Virus record (IMG/VR): IMGVR_UViG_3300006793_000018
Span: 26,301-90,300 of that record
Length of the DNA stretch: 64,000 nucleotides
Strand: one strand, 5' to 3'
Source of the DNA: a virus
This document shows positions 17,862 to 28,700 of the stretch, in pieces. The notes under the pieces were generated by a model that saw nothing but the letters and a program-made list of their open reading frames with translations, had not been told where the DNA came from and made no database searches. Positions within the stretch are counted from its first letter, which is position 1, and every line of letters begins with the position of its first letter. The translations under genes and the position numbers were made by a program.

Positions 17862-20800
17862 TGTCTGATCTCAACGAACCAACAGAGGAGGGATATTCGG
17901 GGATGGCGGGTATGACCGCTTACAACCACGTTGAGGCTGACTTCTTTTTGAGCAAAGTTCCAGCGTTTGATAGTCAAGTGGTGAAACAAACAATCCAAGG
18001 TGTTGTTGACGAATTTATTATGAAAACGGATGAGGTCGCACTACAATCGGTTTTCTCCGAAAATCAACCCGTAAAGATCACAGAAACGGTATATTCCAAA
18101 GAAACCAAAAGCGTGATCAATAAATCTTTGACCTCGTATGGAGTTGGTGATTCAGGAAAACCTTTCAATCGTATTGTCATACAAGCAGGAGCGGGGGAAT
18201 ACAACAATTCTCTTTCGAGCAATGTTTCATCATCAGTTCACGATGAGATTATAGCCATAGCCGTTGAAGACATACGGCCTTTCATGATTAAGGGGCTTGA
18301 CATTGATTATGAATCCGAAATCGTTGATGGAAAGCCAAAAAACGATGGATATATTCGTCATTTGACCCCAGTTGACAAACCGCTAATTGCTTCGATCAAG
18401 TCACCTTCGGTATTGACTTCAAACGGTGGCCCAAGCCGGATCCTAATTTATTATGATGCTATTGATCTTACAGGAGAAGTCGTGGCTGGCACAAGTCTGC
18501 CCAAAAGCGATTTCAATGAAAGCATGAGTAACTTCTATGCTGGAACAAAGAAGCCATACTTAATCGTCCAAAAAACCGTTCCAGCCGCCTCCACGGTCTT
18601 TGACATTGGCGGAACCCCTCGAACATTATCGGACATCCTTCTCAAGCCCTACATATCCCCTCCTGCGGCCAATAACGACGTGCAACTTGAGATAACTGCC
18701 GCTGGAGGTTTGGTCAGCATCCCATCTGCCAACTTCAAACGGCCACTTCATTCTCATGCATTGAAATCTCATGGTCAAGGTGGGAGAATGGAATCGCCTT
18801 ACATTGATGTGAGCGAGTGCTTTATTTCAATGAAGAACTCAATACTTGGATATGGCCGTCCGAGAGCAGTTGATAATCCAAACATACCAGATCAAACATC
18901 TAACCCATCTCATCATGTCATGGTCATAACTCCCTCAGTTGGGTCCAACCTAAAACAGCACAGTTCGACAAAACAAACCCCTTCTGGGCTTTCAAGATCA
19001 AGTCTGCAAGTTTTCAATGTGATCGATAATACACTCTCATTCAATGAAAATCTTGTTTTAGTCGTACCTTCAAATCATAGCCGACATGCCGTGTTGGATG
19101 ATTTTATGACTTCGGCTAATTCAATATCTCCATCGCTGATCACAATCGAAATCGCATTGTTGACTGGCCGTGCTGAACAATTCAATGTTCAAGTTAAAGG
19201 AAATGCGGCTGAGTTAGAAGTTCGAGGCCGTTCCAAATTGATGGACTTTTCTAACCAACAGGTTGATCGAGATTTGAACATGGGGGAGTCGATTCCAATC
19301 AAGGAGATTGGAGATTTAGGAACTCCAACAACTACCTTGTCACTTGGCGGTTTGGGGCAAGGAGGAATAGACGCCAAGCCCATATGGGACGAACATAACA
19401 ACCTCGCAGGTTGGAAAGATCGAATCATTGGAACTGGAAACCCTTCTGTTCGGAATGATAAGCAAACATCAACTCATTATGCTTCAACAAGGGCTTTGAC
19501 AGAAATTCCTTTGTTCCCTTCAATGTTTTATGACATTGAAAAAATACACGGGGATGGAACCGATTTGGCGCATCCTTATGGGCAAGACTTCACCATGGTT
19601 GTTGATGCCACCATGACCGCAGGAAATCGGCCTCAAGCGCAACATATTGAAGGAAAGAATGCCATTGACTGGGGTATGAGAGATACAATCGCTGCAATTA
19701 GGGTCAACCAAGATGTACCGTTAATCACTTCATTTACAAATTCCTATGCGATCCGCTGTCAAAACACCATAATCCAAGGCGTCGTCACTGGATACGCTCT
19801 CACCATTGGGACCACTAACTCGTACATTCAACTTGACGATACAGAGGCTTTTCAAAACGAAGCAGGTCTAAACATAGACGGGGCTGGAAATGTCAATGGG
19901 AAGTGTTTTGTCACCATCGGTGAAGGAATTGTAACGGAAGATGCCAATAGGCAAGACGTGTCCTACTACATGATGAGAATACACAAAATCGATAACACCT
20001 TGAATCGGATATATCCTGATCTGGCTTATGTGAGATCTTTTGGATCCGACACGTTGAGGACTTTTGATACAGCGGCATTGACAAGAGCAGATGCACATTT
20101 GTTCACAGGCGCAGTTGTGATGTTAGGGGGGGTTATTGCGAATTCCAATGTTCACCCTCAATCTCCAAATTATGATGCCTCAAATCAACAGACTATCATT
20201 GAAGATATTCAAGACGCAGTTCAAGAATGCTTAGGTCAGGATGACCAAGGGGTTCGGACTTACCCCAATTCTCAAGTTTATATGGCGAGAGATTTGATTT
20301 TAATCTTCAATGATCGTGTGAGTATGTCGGGTCTTGAGTTCGACATATACAACGAATTCGGAGGAAAGAATGATGTATATTCAAGATTACCAATTGAGTG
20401 CATTCCATACTTTGCGGGATTGAAAGGAATTAGCAGTTCGGGTAGTTTATCATATGTTACGCCTCAGCAGATTCAGTTGAGAGACATTGCAACAAAATCG
20501 CAGAGTTTTTCAGATTGTGTGAATGAAGTCATTCGTAGGATCAACATGAGTGGACACGAAGAATCAAAGACTACAAAGGGATTTAGTGCTTATGATACAT
20601 ACATTGATGATATTAACGCAAATGGATCTCATCTTGGTTATGTTCGTGCTTTTATGGGAAGCCCTGTGGAATCAAAGGATGGCGAAGAAGGTCTTTCAAT
20701 TGTGATCCATTCCACAGTACCTGGTGCTGCTGGAAGAAATTTCGCAGTATGGTTTGAGAACAGGAGTTCATACGCTTACAGGCCAATACAAGCGTTTGGT

Positions 20801-22747
20801 TTTGGTGGTCTTTTAGCAACGAACAGTCGAACATATGGAGCCAACTCTTTCGCTGCACCCCTTCCGATTGGATCCGATGGAGAAACATTTGTTCCTATAA
20901 CCACATTTACTGGCGCACCACATGGTCGTACTATCGCATGGGCTTCAAACGACATAAGATCATATGATGGTATCGGACAGCGGTACACCGCAAAAACAAC
21001 CAATGTAGGCACATCAGGGAACGCTTATGGCACTTATTCTGCGGGTGTCATTTCAAAAATAAATGTTGAGATCGGAACCATAGATTATTTGGCCCGATCC
21101 AACATCCTTGCAAGCCAAACAAATCAAGATGTCAATATCATCATTAGGATTGGTTCAAGTTTGGCAACTGTCGATGAGGTTGGACCCACAAGTGCTGAAA
21201 CAGGAGTTGTGACGCTGACAAATGTTCGCCCCTATGAGGACGCAAGGGCATTCTATGATTCACTTTATGATAATTCGGGAGCGGAAGTTCTCGGCTTGGA
21301 CGTTGTATTCTTGAATCCATTGATGGACAAAGACGGTATTATTTTCTTCGGAGGAGGGCATACTGGTGTCGTTTTTGATGTTAGCGATGGTACAAACAGC
21401 GACTATTCGGAGGAATACAATCATCCGTTATCCAAAGGCCCAACAGGATTTAGCGGATTCCAAAATTTGGGAGATTTCCAAGGTGCTTCTGCTGTGCTTG
21501 ATTTCACAGATCTTCGCAATGAAGATACGATCAATGACAACACTTTTCGGGGATTTCACCATCGAGATGAGTTGGACGAAAACGGTGAGCCTACTGGATT
21601 ATGCCGAATGTATGTGAGGTGCATTGACAATGCGATACCAAACGAAGCATTTGGAATAGGGAGTTTTACACAAGATAACACGGAATGGCGTGAGGATCTG
21701 TATAATCGCAAAGTACGCCTTACATCAACTGGTTTTGCTACAACCACCCCAACAATCACTGATGGCATTGAGGTGACAGGGGGATCGAGTCTTAGGGCCA
21801 AATCATGGTGGCATGAAGACGTGGTTGCTCTATTCAATAACAATGGAGGGACAATCGAAGCAGAACATGGAGAGGTAAAGGAATTTGATCCTCGAAGCGC
21901 ATCAAATGCAAAATGGGGAATATCTGCTGTGATTAAACCAGGAGCGGATTTAACTCATTTCACAGGTCCAATACTACACGGAATTTACAACGATGGAACC
22001 ACGACTCAAGGACATCCATGGGGGTTGCATGTTGCGGGTCAGCCACCAGTAGGACCAGATCAGGAGATGACAGTTGCACTTAGCAATGCAACAGGAGTTC
22101 CCTTCGGCCTTCCTATTGCTACATCGGTTTTAGTTCCTCAAGCCATGCCAAGCGGGGTCTTGAGAGTAAATACTGGTGGATGGACTTTTGTGATGGCAGG
22201 AGTGGACGGAACCACAGGCGAATCATATTGTTACATAGGCAACACCGTTGGGATTACTGATCCAAACGACCCAGGTGCCGGTATGTCTCCTTCAATTCAC
22301 GACTTTTCATTGTGGATGTCAAATGTGCCGGATCAAAACTACGGACCCGCAGCGATTGGTCCTAACAAAAGAAATACCTTTGATACACAATCAAACGGGT
22401 ATGCAGGAGGTGTTGCCGATCACCCTGATGTGCCTTCTGCTTTACAGACTATCCGTGATTTGGATATGGCTACTATTGGGTGTGCTTTGATTGGCGCACC
22501 TTATGTTCAATTTACAGGGGCGCAGAATACCCAAGGAGGATTTCCATGTCCTCCGTTTGTGGGATATTTCAGTGGTATGCTGTCTGGAGCAAGCACATAC
22601 GGAACAATTGATGCAACCGGCACGACAGGAACAAATTCAGCAGGACCGATACACTTTGCTGGATTTTTGTCCGAAGTCGCTTTATGGAAGCGTAGGTTGT
22701 CATTTGCTGAGGCGGATACCCTTTGGGCTGGCCGCAACATTTGGTGA
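17858..22747 (+). CDS. Giant tail/baseplate protein (1629 aa) with C-terminal LamG-like domain
   Basis: Long ORF in the tail module; C-terminal WTFVMAG, FAGFLSEVALWKRRLS. Confidence 0.65.
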   Translation: MMSDLNEPTEEGYSGMAGMTAYNHVEADFFLSKVPAFDSQVVKQTIQGVVDEFIMKTDEVALQSVFSENQPVKITETVYSKETKSVINKSLTSYGVGDSGKPFNRIVIQAGAGEYNNSLSSNVSSSVHDEIIAIAVEDIRPFMIKGLDIDYESEIVDGKPKNDGYIRHLTPVDKPLIASIKSPSVLTSNGGPSRILIYYDAIDLTGEVVAGTSLPKSDFNESMSNFYAGTKKPYLIVQKTVPAASTVFDIGGTPRTLSDILLKPYISPPAANNDVQLEITAAGGLVSIPSANFKRPLHSHALKSHGQGGRMESPYIDVSECFISMKNSILGYGRPRAVDNPNIPDQTSNPSHHVMVITPSVGSNLKQHSSTKQTPSGLSRSSLQVFNVIDNTLSFNENLVLVVPSNHSRHAVLDDFMTSANSISPSLITIEIALLTGRAEQFNVQVKGNAAELEVRGRSKLMDFSNQQVDRDLNMGESIPIKEIGDLGTPTTTLSLGGLGQGGIDAKPIWDEHNNLAGWKDRIIGTGNPSVRNDKQTSTHYASTRALTEIPLFPSMFYDIEKIHGDGTDLAHPYGQDFTMVVDATMTAGNRPQAQHIEGKNAIDWGMRDTIAAIRVNQDVPLITSFTNSYAIRCQNTIIQGVVTGYALTIGTTNSYIQLDDTEAFQNEAGLNIDGAGNVNGKCFVTIGEGIVTEDANRQDVSYYMMRIHKIDNTLNRIYPDLAYVRSFGSDTLRTFDTAALTRADAHLFTGAVVMLGGVIANSNVHPQSPNYDASNQQTIIEDIQDAVQECLGQDDQGVRTYPNSQVYMARDLILIFNDRVSMSGLEFDIYNEFGGKNDVYSRLPIECIPYFAGLKGISSSGSLSYVTPQQIQLRDIATKSQSFSDCVNEVIRRINMSGHEESKTTKGFSAYDTYIDDINANGSHLGYVRAFMGSPVESKDGEEGLSIVIHSTVPGAAGRNFAVWFENRSSYAYRPIQAFGFGGLLATNSRTYGANSFAAPLPIGSDGETFVPITTFTGAPHGRTIAWASNDIRSYDGIGQRYTAKTTNVGTSGNAYGTYSAGVISKINVEIGTIDYLARSNILASQTNQDVNIIIRIGSSLATVDEVGPTSAETGVVTLTNVRPYEDARAFYDSLYDNSGAEVLGLDVVFLNPLMDKDGIIFFGGGHTGVVFDVSDGTNSDYSEEYNHPLSKGPTGFSGFQNLGDFQGASAVLDFTDLRNEDTINDNTFRGFHHRDELDENGEPTGLCRMYVRCIDNAIPNEAFGIGSFTQDNTEWREDLYNRKVRLTSTGFATTTPTITDGIEVTGGSSLRAKSWWHEDVVALFNNNGGTIEAEHGEVKEFDPRSASNAKWGISAVIKPGADLTHFTGPILHGIYNDGTTTQGHPWGLHVAGQPPVGPDQEMTVALSNATGVPFGLPIATSVLVPQAMPSGVLRVNTGGWTFVMAGVDGTTGESYCYIGNTVGITDPNDPGAGMSPSIHDFSLWMSNVPDQNYGPAAIGPNKRNTFDTQSNGYAGGVADHPDVPSALQTIRDLDMATIGCALIGAPYVQFTGAQNTQGGFPCPPFVGYFSGMLSGASTYGTIDATGTTGTNSAGPIHFAGFLSEVALWKRRLSFAEADTLWAGRNIW

Positions 22748-22752
22748 TGTAA

Positions 22753-25700
22753 ATGGCAGATGTATTTCCTCGTTCATTTTATCCAGCCAAATATCGGCTG
22801 ATGGGTAAAACAGCAGATGGTATGCCAAAATCGGGCATCATGTCAATGCACATCACTTACCCTGATACTGAATATGATCATGAAGACATAGAAGATTGGG
22901 AGTCGGGAGTAAATTCGACTGACTGGCGTCAAGGCGTGACGGTGTTGATCAGAACAAACTTGGCGGCGGCATCTTCATCAATAGCAGAAGCAAAAAATGT
23001 CATCGCAGTTGATCTCAAGCAACAACGCATTGATCACGCAAGCGCAGTTCATACTTACGATCTGGGAACAGAAGAAGCAACGCGTTTTATTGCTGCTAAA
23101 ATCAATTCTCGAAGAATCAAAATGGTTGGAGAGCGAGACAAGACATCGTACCTAAAAGCAAGATATGTCCGTCAATCGATGGATCAAAAATACAAGATTG
23201 AGAGCCTTACATACTTCAGTGGATCTTCGGTGATCGCTAAAATCAAAACATTGGGCAGCACAGGCTTCCCAACTGAAATGATTGGTCATTACCAATTAAG
23301 AATTGACGGCACAGGAGGAGGTTCAAAGTATCTCAACATAGGCACATATGATTTGAGTGCGATTCCAACTTTGCTTTACAGAAGTGGAAACTACTCATAC
23401 GTGACGTTCAGTTCCACCGGATACACATTTACTGGAAGCCCATCGGCTGGCGATTCATTGTCGAGCGTCGGTGTGTCTTTGACAACAGATGTTGGAGCAA
23501 CTCACACCGTTGTTTTAGCATGGCAGAAAATAACGCCTCATTCTTACTGGTCGGAAGCAAACTTAGGCCCAGTTGTCCAAGGAGTTGGATCGATTGGACT
23601 TCACAAATTTGTTGCAAAACCTATGGATGGGGGAAACATGGGCTTACCGGCAACAAACCACCACACGAAAAACGGTCGAGAGGCAGTTGCTTTCACAACT
23701 GGGAACGGGTACAATCGATTTAGCATTGAGGGGCTGAATTCGTGCAATATGCCGTCGATACCCCCTCCTGACTATCACATTACTTCGCCTCACATCGAAG
23801 GGATAACCTCTCTGCATCCAAATACGATCTCCGATATTGCTTCAAATCAATTGAGAATTGAGAGGCTGGAGGGGGGCGTGGAATTGCCTGTTGTTTCCAC
23901 AAGTCATAAAATCGCTCTTGAGAATGGATACGAGGGATCCTTCTCATCGGCTACGACAGCATCAATTTACAAGGATGGAGCAGATCCTCATTTGACTAAT
24001 TTTTCAATGGCGACCATCCACCAAACGCACGGGATCAAGGATTCAAATCAAGAAGCCTATGCGCGTCCCTTTAGGATGACTGGTACTACAAATGAGAATC
24101 GAGTGACTGGCCTTAACATCAGCAATGAAGAACGGGTTTTTGATGACATTGAGGTCTTGGATGGTCAAGGCAACAAATTGGTTTTGAAGGGAAAATCGCC
24201 ATGGGGGACGATTATTCGGGATTTCACATTCTCAAATGAACGAGAAAATCCATTAACAGGCTTAGTTGAGGTTGGCCCATCTTCGCCAGGGGGAAATCTA
24301 ACTCCGAATCTCAAGATTCAATTACCATCACAAGATGATATACCAGGCGGTATATTTGTTCGTTCTGGTCATGATCGAGTGCAAGCATGGTCAGACAAAA
24401 CATGGGGTATGGGCGGATTATCAGCCCCAAATCCGAGAAAAGCGGGAGTTGCTGAGAACAGCAATGAAACGTCCCAATTCGATACTCATGATCGAATGCT
24501 CATTTTTCATTGTCAGCGGATTCTTCATGACAAACTGGAACAGTACCATGGCCTAAACCTTCGCGCTGAGGACGGTGGTGCGAGAAGTGGGCAAACTCGT
24601 TTGTTTGCATCGCACAGAATCTCTGATCATGCAGAGAGAGGAAGTGTTCTCAAACAGACAAACAATGGTGTCGAAACTGGAAATTTGATACCTCATCACC
24701 GAATTAGATTTGCTCGATACGGACATTCATTCGTTTCTCCAACTCTTCATCGGGGTACTCCGATGAGCATGAGGCGTCAATTACATCGATCACATGGATC
24801 TGCTTATTCACTGATGTTTGAGGGAGAAACTGAATACAAACACCATGGGTTTGGCAGCGGAGACAACACAAATTCTGCAACTGTTTTTGAGTTGGATACG
24901 CTGGAAGCAAAAGTGAGTTCTTCTTATGCGACAGGATCGTTTGCAGGTGATGGGATACCATTGAGTGAGTTGAAAGGTATGAGATTGCCGGATGTTGACG
25001 GTTCATACACCTCTGTTAATCACCGCAATTGTTTGGATTATCTCTTCGCACCAGGTCAGGAACACACCAAGGCAGAGGGCATAAGCCAATCAGTTGAGTT
25101 CGCTCTTGCTTCTGCATCATTATCAGGATCAAAGTCTGCAACACGCTTGACTGTTCAGGGCGGAACACTGACCGAAAATAATCGATTTGGTACTGCGAAT
25201 GAGTTCATGATCAATGGATTTATGCTAAATCAGTATTTAGGCATGGGTGGGCGTTTAGAACCAATTCGCAAATTAAGCGCAGATAGCACAGGAAATTGGT
25301 TTGTTCGAGGTTTTGCAGAAGGGGTTATCCGTCCACGTGTAGCGACTGAATTGGCAACAGTTCCACCATTGTTCGCCCACGATCCAGAACTGTTGAACAT
25401 GAATGCTGCGCCGGTCAGCCTCAGCAACACTGTTCCAAGCACATCTTTCAATAAACCAAGTGACGCAGATCACGGTTTAATCAAAGACGCCGACACGTTC
25501 AGCGGAGCCAAACCAGATGCTTTCCTATGTAACTGGCTTGCAGAATATAGCCACCCTTCATTATTTGGCACAAGCAGAGAACATTTCTTGATGTTCCGAT
25601 ACCGTGAAGCAGGGATGCCTCGATCAAGAGATTACCCTGCTGTAAATGGTTTGTTCTTAAGAAATGCATCGCACCCAACAACAGATGCTCAACCATTGAA

Positions 25701-28700
25701 GAGTTCGGCTTTTGAACGCCTTTACATTGCTCAATGGCTACAAAATTGGGGATTCAATGGATTAAATGCAAGTGGTCATGGAAATATCGAAGGACTTCGA
25801 GGTGCAGGGGCTGTACGGATGGGTCATTCCACAATTCGTGAGGCAAGTGGGACTCTGCGACTAAGAAGTGAGAATTCAAACGGAAATCGATTTTCGAGAG
25901 GAGAAGGTATTGGAGATGGCATAGATCCCACTAAAGAAATCGGTGTTGTCATGGGCATTGACAAGGATACAGACAATGAAGACTTCAACAAGCAATTCTT
26001 CACGTTCCAACCTTGCGTTGCGATTGATGTTAGTCGCCGCTTGCCTGTGCGATCATGGGGCTTCCGAACCGGATCCGATGCCTTGAATATGCTTGCAGGA
26101 GATCCGAATGAGGCAGATGCAGGAAATTCCCAAGCGATGTTAAACAGTGGCAGGTTCGACGGAGGCATACATGACTCTGTTCAAGACCTTGCATCTCCGT
26201 TCTCAATTTCGGATGGAATTGATTGGGGGAATTACGGAACCACTTTAGGAATTGAACGATCTGTTCCTGTTGGTTTCGTAGCAAATGATTTCACAGTTGA
26301 GGCTATGAAGGACGAAAGAAACATTCGTCAAAGCAATGAATTGCTAAGTCCAAATGAAAAAATTGGTATTGGGAACAGAGTTGGCATCACGCAAAACGGT
26401 ATGCTTTCCCCTCATGTTATGGCATCAGGTGGATGGGATTACGAGTTGGATGATACACGCCCAACCGAACTGCCAATATCAGGAGCCAGTCTTTGGCTGA
26501 AAGCGGATGCCCTCGATCTTCAAGACGGAGATGCAATCACCTCTTGGATTGATTCATCTGGAAATGACATCGAATTTGTTCAAGCAACCGCTTCCGCACA
26601 ACCCACATTTGTCAAAAGCAATGCTAACTTCAACAATATGCCCGTAGTTGATTGTGATGGAAACGATAAATTGCTATCGGCGGCGGGGTATTTGGAGTCA
26701 TTGAATACTGCTCAATTTACTCTCTTTGCAGTAGCGTGTTCGGATACAGATGATAACTCATATCAAGGAATTATCTCTTCTCGACGCGCACCTGTCGGAT
26801 CTCCGAGTCGTCAAGGATTCAACCTTTACGCCAAGTGGTCAGGGACCGATCAATGGGGATTTTGGTGGGGTCAAAACACAGGATGGGGGCAACTTTACAC
26901 TTCTTCTGTTGAGAATCGAATGAATGTTGGAATACCTGATGTCGTTGCTTGCGTGATGAGTGGAGGAGATGGTGCAGGGGCTACTGCCGCTCAAACCCTT
27001 CGAGTCAATGGATGTCAAGAAGCAACAGCAACCAATGCCTTTTGGCGGATGACGGCGGGTCAAACCTCAATTGCGAATGTTCCAAGTCCCTATTTCCTTC
27101 AAGGACAAATCGCTGAGATCATCCTTTATCCAAGAGCATTAACCACAGATGAAATCAAAGAGGTTGAGTCCTACTTGTCACGAAAATATGACAAAAAATT
27201 CACGGCAACTGCTTCGCCTCACCCTGCTTTGTATTATGATCTTAACACAAAACCGTTGAACAAGGGGACGGATCCATGGATTGACTTGCAACAATGGACA
27301 GGATCTGCGTCCTATGATCAAACGCTGTCGCCAAGTGCTAAAATTGCTCAAACAACAGATTTCGTCACTGGATCTCAATTTTATCACCTTCGTGGAAATG
27401 CGTTACACACCAATATGAGGCCGATAACAAAGACGTTGGGTACATATTCGTATCCTCCAAACGGTCAAAGTCAAATTTCGGGTTCTTCATTGACAGTGAA
27501 CGAAGCCATGCCGCTGCTGACCTCAGAAATCTCCGATATAAGACAAATTCAATCGAGGGCAGAACCTCGTCTTGGTTTGGTCATGGAAGTTGAAAGTGAA
27601 AGAATAGAAAATAAGAAGGTCCAATACGGAGTGGTTGGAACAAGGTCTGTTTCTTTGCATTCCGATTTAATGCTTGGATACCACTTCCCTGTCTTGCCAT
27701 CGCACCAGATCAAATCTCAATTGCAGTTAGAAGGCTTCACAGTCGATGGTGCAGGAACTGCAACGGCTGAAAAAGACTTCACCACTAAGCCAACTTGGAG
27801 TCCCGATTCAAATGCTTCAAAAGGAGCAATAGTTCTAACTGGGGATTCTGTACGAATGGATCACAAGACACATGCTTTGGATGCATGGGCTGTCAGAGGT
27901 TCCGCCGATCTTCCAGCGTGGGGAGGAGTGTATATTTTGCGAAAAACATACATCTCACGCAATGGCGAAGACACTATGAAATCTCAAGTTGATTCAAACA
28001 CTGGAAAGGCTGTTGCTTCACATCCAGTTCGCAAATATGTTGACTATATTGTTCGACCAGTTCGACCACTGAAATTGTTTGCTTTTGCTTCCGATCTTTT
28101 ACAAGATGGTTTTGTTTTGGGTCCAAGAGCATCCCTATCAGGAACATACGATAAATACGGATCTCAAATTTTTACGAGAGACAAGAGGTATGGAATCTTT
28201 GAAATGAATGCGGATCGAGATTTGGGAGAGGTTGAACCAATCACTTCGGCAGAAGGTTCGTTTGAGATTTCGTACCCAGATTTCAATGAATTTGATGTTG
28301 TTTGGCATTTAATTCCAAGTGCTAATATGCTTCAATTTGCAAAATCCGACGCTCATCGAATATCAAACGATGAGATCATGCAACCATCCATAGAGCCACG
28401 GTATTCTCAGTCATCCCACGTTGGAGGAGGCGGCAAAATCAGCCAATCGGAAACGCTTTACGACACCTCAAAGGGCATAATGGGCGATCACGCCATACAT
28501 TCAAAGGATGGAGAAATCAGTCAATCACAAGATGCTCTCCGCTTGTATCCGAGGGTGAAGGTGATGACTAACAAAGGGGCTAATGTATATTCCTTGGATG
28601 ATGCGTCTGTTCTTCCAAAAGGGGGCGGCAAGATATTTGCGTTAAACCATTCGGGCGTTTTGACTTACTCATCCATAGAAGGCGATGACATCACGATCTC